A stretch of DNA of 63,073 nt, counting the filler, from Choristocarpus tenellus KU-1152 (lineage: Eukaryota; Protista; Phaeophyceae): assembly GCA_964200185.2 (NCBI GenBank). It is 12 parts of 12 records of this genome, joined end to end, with 100 filler letters (N's around TTAATTAATTAA, not from the genome) between each part and the next. Parts side by side here need not be neighbours in the genome. Positions count along the whole stretch, not along the records: positions 50,787 to 63,073 come from CAXNAD020001890.1; 11 more parts are not named here. One strand, 5' to 3'. Below, in pieces: positions 51,296-63,073 of the stretch. The notes beneath the pieces are model-generated. The model saw only the letters and a program-made list of their open reading frames with translations. It had not been told where the DNA came from and made no database searches. A program made the translations under genes and the position numbers. Each line of letters opens with the position of its first letter. Position 1 is the stretch's first letter.

Positions 51296-53728
51296 CTTTG
51301 CAAAAGAGGGGTCTGGCTTCTGTCCATGGTTGACAGTGGAATAGGCACAATAATACATGCCCAACGCCTGCTTTCGTTCTTCCACCCTTGACACAACCAC
51401 GTGAAGACGCACAAAGTCTGCCATCAGAGACATGAAGCTCACCATCACCTCGGGATTGACATCCAACTGAAGGTACCAACACATTGTCACACCAACAGGA
51501 GGTAGTGTGAGTGAAACATGAGTGGGGATTAGAAACATGCAGGATGGAAGGAAAGGTCATCTTACGTGTGCCTTACTCACGGCACAAAGGAGAATAAAAT
51601 GGATGGAAGGATCATCTTACTCATGTCTTACTCATGATACAAAGAGTGTAAACTCACAAAAAAGTTGAAATGCTAGTGAAGTAGTTTAAGTAGAGACTAA
51701 GAGCACGCAATGTGAGGTTCTGTTCTACTGCAGCATTTTTTTTTTTAATACCAGGGGGAAATGTGTGCCCTAGTTACAACCCTTGCAGTGAACCAATGAA
51801 CCGTTCCAGGACACAGGGAATAAAGCTCACATTTCACTAGAACCCTAACAAGAAAAGCACAGTGGCAGCTTGAATGTATGTCATACTGTCTGTACACACA
51901 ACTCTACCGTGGTGTGCGTGATAGTTGCTGCACTCATTCACTGATTGCATAAACAGGCACAGGGTCTAGGAGTGCAATTGGGGATAACACAGCAAATAAA
52001 AGCCAAGTCTGCAGCAGAGAGGTTGAGTAGGTTAGTGATAAGGGCAACTAAATAACCTGTTGCAGACTTTTAACAAGGCATTAGCCTGCCGTATTCAACT
52101 AACATAAAAATTCCAAGTGCAGTTATGGTTAGGGTCAGGGTTGGAAATGAATTCAAAAATCAGAGTATCCAATACGGAGGAAACAAAGTGTAAGGCATGG
52201 TGGATCATCTCTTACATTGTAGACAACAAAACTGCAATACTATTAATAGTGTTAATAGTGACAGCATGAACATTTTAAACTTAGCTATTTCTCACCGCAA
52301 ACTTGAGAGGTACTCCTGTGCGACAGCCAGACATATCTCTTAGCTCCTCCACAAGCCCATCCCTGCTAACACCCCCCAACAAGCAAAGGGTGGTTGGAGT
52401 GTCATAGAATAATGAGAAATAATCTCGAGACATAACATAACACAGTGTGTTGCAGCTCTTGTGAGAGATCAAAACTAAGTACACCCTCTTTTTCCTGGGA
52501 CCATCCTATGACCAGGCTCATCAAGCAAAAGAGAAAACCCAACTCCTTCTTCCAGTGAGACCAGATATATTCTTGTCTCACCTGACCTCAACAACATCCT
52601 CGAAGGTTCGGAAAATGCTCTCGAGCTCTGCAAGAATTCCTCTTGCATGACCATCAAAACCAGGCGCCTGTCATGCCACAAAGGAATGGTGATGGTGTAT
52701 CACACCATAGGTGTGAAGCATTCTTGAAGAGATTAGTGTCAGGAAGTAGCACTATGTACATGTTAGCAGGAATGGACTGGAAATTCCAGGTGTTCTGTAG
52801 GATACAGTAAAAATTGTGACTTTATTCAACACATAGTCACAAGAGTGTTGCAAATGAAGCACCAGAGCAAAGTGAAGACAACACACAGTATCATTTACAT
52901 TCCATACCCTCGCCAATAGTCTTACAATAAAAAATAATCGCTAGGTACGACAAGTACGGTGCAAAATGTGTTGTGAAAGGGGTCACATCAAAGACAAACA
53001 ACAGCCCTAAGCGAAACAGGTTAAACTAGGAGCAATTGCTGGCGTTATCTTTTTACTTTCATTACCATGTGCAGTCTGTAGACTCGTCGCCCGTACTCGA
53101 GTCTTCAATTATTGTCTATACACGTTAGAATGCAAAATATCTCGACGTTAGTTGGCGGAGTTAGCACAGCATTGAAAAACATATCTGAAGTATTTGCCCA
53201 TGTGAATAGAGAGCTTTGTGAGCACGATGGGCTTCATTCGGAAGGGGAGGTACTCATCCCTCATTATATCGGCATCGATCGGCAAGGCCGGTCAGATGAC
53301 CAACAATGTGCTGACCGACCTTTGCTGCTTCTAACTGCTCTGGAAAGGATGTATCCATTTTTTTCTTCATCCTGGCGTACTCAGGATTACGAAGACACAG
53401 GGGCCGCTCGTGACCCTGCCCATTTGGGTTGAGAGCATGTTCGTTGAGAAACGCCACTCGGGTCATCACACCTCTGCAGGCATCCCGAAGAACGCGGCAT
53501 CTGGGAGTGACAGGGATACAGCGAATTGTCAATTGCTTCCACAATTCGGCTTAGGCGTGGGTTTTTTTATCCTGTACAAGCGCCAATCTCAACGTACAGG
53601 GAAAAATCGGGAGAGTGCTTGGCTTTGCCCAAGTCAGAAAAGGAAGAGGTAGAAGAGGAAAAGGTTGTACGAAGAAACAACAATCTCACACTGCACCTGC
53701 CGATTTGTTGACTTGGGTCGTTAGACAT
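51296..53728 (-). CDS. NCKAP1: Nck-associated protein 1 (NAP1/HEM, SCAR/WAVE complex), 5' exons 53728-53697, 53500-53320, 52667-52582, 52362-52296, 51466-51296
   Basis: PSQQ...LRD..RGVMTR, TFEDVVE, VNPE...SRVEERK..LGMY..AY resemble the NCKAP1 N-terminus; all splice phases consistent. Confidence 0.85.
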
Positions 53729-54104
53729 GGCGATCGTAAGCACTAAACGCAAACGGAAAAACAAGAGGTAGCCTCCACAAAAAGCTGTGGGCAACAGATC
53801 CTGCGAATTGTTGGTTACTTGTACGATGGAGGTTTGCTCCAACCCAGCCTTGCTGCGACGGAGGTTGTTCTCGTGATCTGTTGGTTTCCTTAGCAACCCG
53901 AATCTCTATGACACTGTTCTCGCATAGCTAAAAGAGACTTTATACTGGATTTGAGAGTATCCTCCTGTAGCCTCCACAACCCCAAGACCTTACAAGGACA
54001 TGTAACAATGTATAAGGACCAACTCGCTATCTTGGATGGGAATACAAAGAGATATTCTTTCTGTATTTCATACAATTGTAGTAGTAGAGCAGTACTCTTT
54101 CTAC

Positions 54105-54172
54105 TCACACTTATACACACAATACACTTACTTACACATACAATACACTTACTTACACATACAATACACTTA
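54105..54172. repeat. 21-bp repeat x3 in the divergent intergenic region
   Basis: CACTTACTTACACATACAATA-type units. Confidence 0.85.
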
Positions 54173-54288
54173 ATTATACATAAAACATATCAACATAACA
54201 TACACTTCCAAACAATACAGAAACCAACCACATCAGTAATGGAAGCTCAAGAATGCCTGAGGTTGAAAGAGAGTGGAATCGCAAAAGC

Positions 54289-57200
54289 ATGCGAAGGAGT
54301 GTGTGTGGGCAATCCAAAAATCGTGGATTCCCAGTGGGTGTGACAACGCTGTGCATTGCACTCTATTTGAATCCGCTTGAGGCATTTCTCCATGCAGGGA
54401 CTGGTGTCCATAGTGATATTAGGTTGTGTACCCGTCTAAGCTCTCATCCGTGTGCCTCCACGGGTACAATATCCATAAGGTCATGTCGGAAGCCAGTGGA
54501 CATAGATCGGAGGCGAGGGCGAAGACAACGTTATGGTGATAAGAGTTGGAGGTGAACATAGAGGGGAAGGGAGCTGTTTCTGGGATGTTCTGGGGCATCG
54601 TGACTTCGTGAAAGGCGTTGACTGATGCTGTCAGAAATTTGACGCCCCACGTCTATACTTATGACTTCCAGAGAAATGCACAGTGCCAAAAGAGAGCCTT
54701 GTTTACAAACCATGTTCCGCTTATCATACCTTCCTTGACCCCTCTCACACAAGGGGTGAGGAGAATCGTGGACACAATGGTCGTCTGATGATATCACCCT
54801 TGTCACAGTATACATCTGTAAGGCCCAACCGAGCGAATCATTTTCTTCGGTTTCGCTGAACCTCGGTCGCTCGGTCTGATCCCAGATTAGGGATGGCGCT
54901 ATCGACACCTTCTCCCTTGGATATGCAGGGTCAATACCGTCTCATGTTGGTGGACGATGAAGAACCTCTTAGGCGGGCCGTCTCGGACTATCTCAAGCAA
55001 GTGAGTGAAACAAGCCGTTTATTCATACTCTTCTTTTGATGTAGATATTTAAGAGCAACTTTTTTATTTCTCAGGATAATGTCACCTTCAGTATTCCTCA
55101 GGTATTGTGGCAGATGGTAATACGAGAAAGAATCAAGAGATGCATGCCTAACCCTCCCTAGTTGACGTCGTTTTGTCCTTGCTGATGCATTCTGACGTCC
55201 CTTCCACGTCTGTTATCCACGTGTTCCCTCGTCATGTTCTCGCGACTGTGTTAAAGCAAGGCTACGATGTCGCAGCGTACGAGTCGGCAACAGATGCACT
55301 TGCTGACCTCAATGCTCCTTTATCATCCCGTCCGGACCTCATAATCACTGACATCATGATGCCGGATATGGATGGGTATCAGTTCCTGATGGAGCTGCGG
55401 GGGTCTCCTTTCTTAAGGTGGATACCGGTAATTTTCTTAACGGCATCAGGACTCACGCGGGATAGAATCAAGGTAAGTGAAGGAAACCGCACAGCATAGA
55501 TACCCTAGTTGACATTTCGTGGGCACATATGTGCCATTTCTGGTGTTTTTTTGTCCAAATGTTACAAATATTACAGGAGTGTGTTGGTTGTACTCTGCGC
55601 TATAATGTTTTATCACGTGTCCCTGCCATGGGCAATTTATGTCACTTCACGATTGCTATTTATGTTGAGTGGAACACTTATGTCCACAACTAAAAGTATG
55701 GCCTGGAGATAAAAGGGTAACTGTTTTCATTCCATTGCTGTTAATGTTGTGTACTGATATACTTTGAAGTAATTATTACTCACTGTTTCCACAGAATGAT
55801 AACTTGTTCTTGTACCTGAACACAACAATGTGGTGTTCAGGCCCAACAAGATTGGCTCATTGATGTACTCCTAAATTACCTGTAGTGAGACGCAATGGTC
55901 TAGGGGAGTCAAATGTCTTCATTACTCAAAGTTGAAGCAGAGCTCCCCTCCCTCTCTTGCTGAAGCATCACTTGCTCAGAGGTATAATGACAAATGTATG
56001 AATTTATTCTGACAAATGTAATACTTTTCATCGTGTATGAGCAAGTTGTGAACTATCACATCTATCACATCGTCTTTTGAGAGATGGATGCCACGCTCAT
56101 TATCTTCAATGAAGCCTCCTTCACTTTGTCTATTGAATGATATGTTTGAATACTCAACAGTTATGTGATCTGCAAGATGTCCATGTCATATAGACGAGTT
56201 TTATTGATTCCACTCTCCCTATCAAATCTCAAACCACATCACCCTATCATGCATCGTGAAACTGTGTATCACCAATGTTACCGTTAATCTCATGTACATA
56301 TCAACATTATTGCACAATCTTGACTATGATTTGTCTCAGTGAATGTATGTGTTATGTTATGTTAAGTTGTGTTGTGTTGTGTTGCATTGCATTAGGGCTA
56401 CCGTGCAGGTGTGAATGCTTACATTCCTAAGCCATTTGATCCTGAAGAACTTGTTTCCATTGTGGACAATCTCATAGTGAACAGCCTGGCCTCAAGCACC
56501 AGGAACATTGGTGCAGGGCAAGGCATGGAAGAGCTGCGAAGGTGGGTTGAGGGTTAGGTTTAGGGTAGGGAATATACCATGTTGGAGTGGCATGCTAGTA
56601 ATAAAAGTGTTGATCATAACTGATGGGTACAGCAAACAAAAAAATTGAGTTGCTGGAGCAGTCTTAGTATTAAAACTCTTGGGTGCTTTGAGCTGTCTCT
56701 CTGTAGCTGGACCATAGCTATGTGGGGAGCTTAAAAAGAGATACTTGAGATGGAAATTGTTCAATGGAGTTGTTTGGTGTTGTTTGGCAGATATTGATCT
56801 TTCGATTACTTTATGTCATAATCATTCATGCGCCGGCCCTGACCTTGATGTTGGTGCATCCTGCCTATAGCTATCTCTAGCATTCATGTCCAAACTTTAT
56901 TTCTTTCATACAACTTCCAATCAGTATTGGGAGCTTAATTTTATTATTTCTGACTGGACATTTTTTCTCAAGGGTTAGCGTTAGGGTAGGGTAGTGACTG
57001 CACTGTGCTGGCTGGAGTGAGTTGTTCGTTTTGTGGTGTGTTCATATTCAATGAACAACAAATGGGTAGAGTGGCTCTCACCAGGATGTTAAAGACATAC
57101 ACCCCAACTGTATATGAGGTAAAAGGGTAACATCTTGAAATGACTACCATAATTGCTAGTGCAGTGGTAGCAATGTGTGCCAAGAGCATGTCACAGTAAC

Positions 57201-60200
57201 AAGTGTTCCATCAACAAGCCAATTTAATGTTTTTGTTGTCCAATTGTCTGGTGTATCTCTCTGTTGTTTGAGGGTTTCCTGTGTTTTGCATGTTTAGGTG
57301 ATTATTTGATGGTTTATGACTCTAACCCCGAATCAGAGAAATAGATGTTCCTAAATTTTCTGTTTTTTGTGTGTGTGAACTTGATTGACTAAGACCAAGA
57401 AACTTCCCTCAAAAGTTGTGCACTTGACTTGTGGGGTATGTCTTATGTCCTTACTCCTTCTAAGAGGACAAATTATAGAACACTTCCTCCATTTGGAATC
57501 AAATGTAACATTACTTTTGAAAGATTGGTTCTTGCCCAGGACTGACCCACGTGATAAACACTCTAAACGAGTTCTCATATAGATTGGGAGGCGTGCAAAG
57601 TATGACATGGTGGACTGTCATGACTGTGGAGGATCACCAGTGCAAAGTTGACCAAGTCACATTTGACAGGGTTCCAAAACTTCCGTGAAACTGTAAAAAC
57701 TGATATTTATTGGGTTAGTGTTAGGAAAAAGGCCCCCTGATTTTTGAGCAGAAGTCTATCAAGGGTCCAGACTCAAAACACCCTGATGAAGAACAGTGTG
57801 CTGGTGTGACACATGAAGGTGAGAGGGGGCACGAGACACGTATACCTCAGAGGATAGTGAAGGAGACCTCAGTGAAGACCATCATGGAGGACTTTGGAAT
57901 TGAACAAATCACCGTGTTCTGTCGCCTGAAGGATTATGACAGAATGTGACAGAGTATGACAGACAGACCGCATGGGGTGAATGCATGGATCTTGTACAAC
58001 ATCACAAGGGGTGATGTGGCCGCCATACAAGTATCCTTGTATGTGATGTGTGGGATGTATGTGATGTATGTGATGTCTCATCGGTAGGTACATTGCACAT
58101 TCTTACACATATGGACGGCCAAAGATGGAGTCTCTTGCTTGTTGTGGGATCACTGTAAGCGGGAGAATGTGAAGGTGAAGTGGTGGATTAATCCAGTCCT
58201 CTCAGACCAGGAGAAAGTCAACGGAATGGGTCTCATCATCAGCCACACCCACAGGAGGGGGGAAATTGGGGTATTAGTGGACAATCTGTATGTGTGGGTG
58301 CATGTGGACAAGAAGCTGTTTTATATTCTCAAAGATGGGCAAGGTGTGTATCTGCACCCCACTGAGGATCCCGCCAAACCTCCACATGCACAGAATAATT
58401 GTTGCGTCACGAAGGTGATGTTCCTTGTAGTTGTGGCCCACCCTAGGAAGCTCTACAACGGTGTGTGGTTGGATGGGAAAATCAGGATCTGGTCAATCGT
58501 GGACACTAAGGTCACATATCACTCTAGCAAACACCACCCCAAGGATACTAAGGTGGTTGTGCTATCCATGATGGATGAGGAGCGGCATAAGAAGCTCATA
58601 ATTGGGGATGTCATCCCAGCAATCAAGGCCCACATGCCTATTCTGGAAGGATACACCATCTTTGTGCAGCAGGATAGGGCAAAGTCACACACCTAGAGGG
58701 GGATCATTGAGACAATCAAGGAGGCGGCAAGGGATGACATTGTTATAGAGACACAGTAAATCAACTCATCTGATCTCAATATCAATGACCTGGGATTCTT
58801 TAATTCCAGCAACTGAAGGAAGATGTTGGGGTGACCAACACAGAGGAGCTGGTGAAGGCCAAAATGGAAGCGTTTGGTGTGTACCTACCCTCAGGAGACA
58901 TGAGAGAGCGTCTGGTAGAGCCTCTTCGCAGTCTATAGTGAAGTGCTGAGGTCCAAGCATGACAACGTCTTCAAAATTCCCCATCTTAGCAAGGACAAGA
59001 CTGAGGAGGCGAGCAATGTCCCTCCAAATGCCCCTGAGGATGCAGCGAAATAGTATTGTTGGAATCAAGATTTTTAGGGCTTCAGGGGTGGAATCATGGA
59101 TAGGTGTAGACTGCCCCATTTTGCTTGATATTTTGGTGGGCAACCTTTAGATACCTTCTAGTGCCTGTGCAATACACCCATAAAATATGAACGAGCAAAT
59201 ATCGCCTTGGTTCTTCATCAGGTTCATCAGGGCTGCAAAAGTTATGTTACATACTGTTCCAAACAGAGAAAGTATATTATATAGAGTAATTTTTTAAAAT
59301 ATGTATCACACCCTCTAGAAACTAAATCCCATAGTCATACTATTATTTTATTGTTTTTCTTGTATTCTGTGCAAGGAAACCTTATCTTTTTCACACACCC
59401 CTCACCCACCCTCCTGACTTGATTGATGTTATTGATAACATCTTGCAACTTGAAATACCTCTCCAGTTATCGTTAATGGTCGCATGTTTTACGAGTTTTG
59501 TTAAGAGTGCAACCCCAACCCCATGTTGCTGTGAAAACAAAAACATACTGTATGTCAGAGAGCTTGGTGACATAAAGTTAATGCTGGAGTCAGGCTCTGC
59601 AGTTGGCGGGAAGAAGAGGCTCAAGTCTGCCAATGTTCCAGAACCACTTGCTCTTATGTCACCAGTTGAAAATGATGATGAGGCTATTGTTCCATATGTC
59701 TCACTGACCCCTAAGGAGTCACAGGTGTTGACGCTGCTGGTTCAGGGATACACTAACAGGTACAGTAAAGAGGTCCAAAACAGAACATCCATATCTTTAT
59801 TGTATTTTTGAAGATTGCGTAGGATTCCTCGACTGGCATACATCAAACAGTGTGTGCAAATCAGCCTTACGTGAGTTGGTGTTTGGAATAGGTTGGGTTC
59901 TAGAGAGTTGATTGGCCAAGTGGAGAGAGGTAGCAGACTGTTGGCTGATGAGGTTCATGCCATGAGCGGATTGTTTGGGGTTAGCTTTATTCTGCTTCAC
60001 TTCTCATTGACCAATGGACTGCAGAAATACATATATATATATATATATATATACATCCAAGTTCTTATACCTTGATATATTGAGGTTTCTATTTAGAAGA
60101 TGCCATCTAGAACATAATGCCATTAGTATGTCAGAAGTGGTGCATTTAGAAGGTGTGCCCAAAATCTGAACACGATTACCTCCCCAATTTCAACTATATT

Positions 60201-60956
60201 AATAGTGGGTGCCACTTGATAATTCTGTAAAATAGTACTCAGTACCTACTAGGTATTTATCAAACTATTACAGGATTTTGGCTATTCAGACTTTGGTCTG
60301 AGGTTCTTCCAGTACTGATATTTCCTGGTTTGTAACCGGTTGCTTCTGTCGAAGGCTTGAGTGGGTCATAACTTGGTACCTACTAACTTGGTACCTGAGA
60401 CAAGTTGTGACACCTGACCCTGTTCAATTTCCAGTCCTTCACCATAGAGAATAATCTTGCCCCTGGTCACATCTCTGAATTCATTGTGTATCAAAAGCTA
60501 GATCATAGAACCCCTGTCATACTTGGGTACTGAAGTAATCCAGACCAGAAATCACTTGAAGAGAGTATGGGAGGCGTAAAACAGAGTGGAACACCCAGTT
60601 AGGACAGCAAGGCATCAATGCAATAGCAGTGGGTATTACAGAATAGGATTACTGAATTATAAGTTTTGGACTTCAAAATCGTGAATGACTTGAACATCTG
60701 TCTCAAAGTCTGCCTCATTTGTGTACTTGCAGGTTGGGAATGCCAAAGACCACCTCACTCTCTAAAAACCACAATTATTTCTTTTTTCCTCAGGGAGATA
60801 GCCACACAAGAGCAGATGAGTGTACGATCAGTTGAGAAGCATGTTTCACACATGCTGGCCAAAACAGACACAACCAACCGAACAGAGCTTGTTCGATATT
60901 GTCTCAAGATGGGTCTACTTATTCACAGGGATAATGAACCGGAGAGTGGCTTGTGA
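54289..60956 (+). CDS. ycf29: Nucleus-encoded Ycf29/Rre1-type NarL response regulator (REC + LuxR HTH) with N-terminal presequence; exons 54289-54551, 54886-55000, 55257-55472, 56396-56541, 59559-59759, 60794-60956 (367 aa)
   Basis: LVDDEEPLRRAV, PDLIITDIMMPDMDGYQFL, IPVIFLTA, DRIKGY, AYIPKPFDPEELVSIVDNL, LTPKESQVL..GYTNREIA, SVRSVEKHVS..KT..NRTELVR. Six exons total 1104 nt in one frame, all GT-AG. Confidence 0.9.
57780..59060 (+). mobile_element. Decayed Tc1/mariner (plant-type DD39D-like) transposase in ycf29 intron 4
   Basis: WVHVDKKLFY, TKVMFLVVVAHPR, DGKI.IW, FVQQDRAKSH, SSDLNINDLGFF. Confidence 0.85.
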
Positions 60957-63073
60957 CATACACTGTTACACAGATACTACACTGTGCCACAGTAGACAAG
61001 GCTTGGAGATAGGCAGTCCTTCCAGATAATTTCCTATTTGTATGTAAGAAACATCCTGCAATTGAAAGTAAATGGGATCTGTTAGAATGAGATATTTCAT
61101 TTTTACATAATGAACACTGGTGGGACAGATATACAAGCAGATGTGTTGCATGGCATCACACAAATTGCCAATGTTTCATCTTCCACTTGCAAAGGTTACT
61201 ATTCTTACCCTTACATAGTTATAAGTATGCACTGTATCGCAATACATGTTGCTGCTACAATATAATATAGAAATTATAAAATATATACAGTTTAATGGTA
61301 TACAACGGGCTCCAAAAAGGTACGACAGTCACTATCATTCTCACATATAGAATGTCCCTTTTTGTTGTTCATCCCTGATTATACCCTAATGCAGTTACAC
61401 CTTTTTTTGACACACCATATGGTCTATACATTTTCTTTTATGGACAGATTCCATTACTTATGTTACAATTGTTTCAACAGGCACATTGTGGTAATATATT
61501 ACAGTGTTTGTTCATGCATGAAAGGATACTTGCCAAAAAAGGCTGATAACTAAGAGATCCATTAATTTGGAATAGAATCAACATATTATGGTAACACTTG
61601 TACATCTTGGTATACATACAGGTATAGTCACTGGTAGAGTAACACTTGTCATTTGCCCATAATGACATTTAAGAAGCTCAGGGAGCATTGCAGACCTATA
61701 GTGTTCTAGCCACTTAAATAATGGAATATGGGATACAAGGCGGAAGAGAATAAAATGATTTTTTCACAGAAAGTACTCCCTATAAATAACGCAGATATTT
61801 GCTCACACACATTGACAAAAATAACATCAATGAATGGGATCACTAATTGTCTTGATCAAATTCATCTGCTCCTAATACTCCTGTAGAGGACATAGGAATC
61901 TTTTTGCCAACATAGGAATAGAATTCAGACTTGAAACCAAAGGAGACAGGAAGGAGCACACACACAGTGCCAGCTCTGAATTAAATCAAATCTATTTTGG
62001 GGATTGATAACACATCCGAGTTCAGATTCCAACCTACAATGACATGCTCTGGTATGAACCAAGGCTGGCTTCCCTCCACCAAGGTAGAAACACCAACATA
62101 GTGGGAGCACTATCACATAGGCTACATGAAGTATAATACTGGAGTCACATGTATCATACAGATACAGCATCTACAACCCTCACACAGGTGAGCAGTTCCT
62201 ATACATCAAACAAATACCTCAGCCCCAAAGTGACCAACTTACATTGAAAGGACATTCTCAAGGCAAGCAAAATAAAGATTCAACCAAACAGTAATGCTTT
62301 TCCTCTATCAAACAAACCAAACAACTGCCTCCACCTATAAACTCCAGGTGCATGCATTTGCATCATAGGCCACTCGGGATTGGACGGTCTGCATTTCTTC
62401 CTGGAAATAAATATTGTTGATGAGATGTTAGGTATAGTGCTCGCCTTGCCTCTTCCACACCAACCAATCCCCTCCCACTATTTCCCATGCCATCATTTGT
62501 TACTAATTGGAGGTCCTGTGGCCTTGGTGATGCACCATCCTCAACCTCACCAATGTCAACACCTGTAAGATCAGGAGTGTCCACTACCCCCCACCATGAA
62601 AGTGGCTTCTCCACACTCTGGAAGGCACATTGTGATGTCCATGAGAGGGGTAGACATGGGAGGGATTAAATAGTAGAGACATGACAAGTGTTATGGGAGG
62701 GTGGAGGGAGGGGGAGGGGGTTGTTACTTGTTAGTGATCAAGTTGGCAGGGGTTTAATTTAATTGACATGGGAGAATCACTCGATAGGAATTGAAAGCAC
62801 AAATTTTGGCACTGTACACAATGAATAAATCAAGTAACTTCATACTTTGAACTGTAGGCCATGATCCCTTCCAGAACACTACACAGCAAACAATGTCATC
62901 AAAAACACAACGTAGTCAAGAGGTATGTCTGGTGAAGGATCTTGATTGAACAAGAGACAAATTGTGGTGCTATTAAAAATACCAAGATATACCAAAATTG
63001 CAGCTGAAGACTAAATGTGTTACTAAATGGTTGAACTATTGATTCAAGCATTAATTAAAGAGAAGGGGGGGGG

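Noticed and set aside
54886-60956. Bacterial contamination as the source of the response regulator
   Set aside because: Five spliceosomal introns, a presequence exon and same-contig linkage to NCKAP1 show it is nuclear.

Overview
Eukaryotic nuclear DNA, most likely a photosynthetic stramenopile (brown alga or relative). This is inferred from intron-rich genes and a bipartite plastid-targeting presequence. The window is not contiguous: 12 short contigs are joined by 11 artificial 100-bp linkers (44 N + TTAATTAATTAA + 44 N), so neighbourhoods across linkers mean nothing. Spliced genes I could reconstruct by eye: an M1 aminopeptidase (probable GC-AG intron), a SETD3/Rubisco-LSMT-type SET protein fragment, an NPEPL1-type M17 aminopeptidase head-to-head with an IQ/WW-repeat gene, a PLAC8 protein, and NCKAP1/NAP1 head-to-head with a complete 6-exon, nucleus-encoded, apparently plastid-targeted Ycf29/Rre1 (REC + LuxR HTH) response regulator. 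The rest is transposon-rich: decayed Ty3/Gypsy and Ty1/Copia elements, a solo LTR, a multi-intron Sola-like transposase, mariner and pogo-like relics, a ~530-bp foldback, and about 13 copies of two sister MITE families sharing a TIR core, several nested in other elements with clean 3-bp TSDs. I found no CRISPR array, RNA gene or Fanzor/TnpB ORF, and no single stand-out novel system that I can support. The best leads are the nuclear Ycf29, the MITE pair and the spliced transposase. All family assignments come from motif recognition, not database searches.
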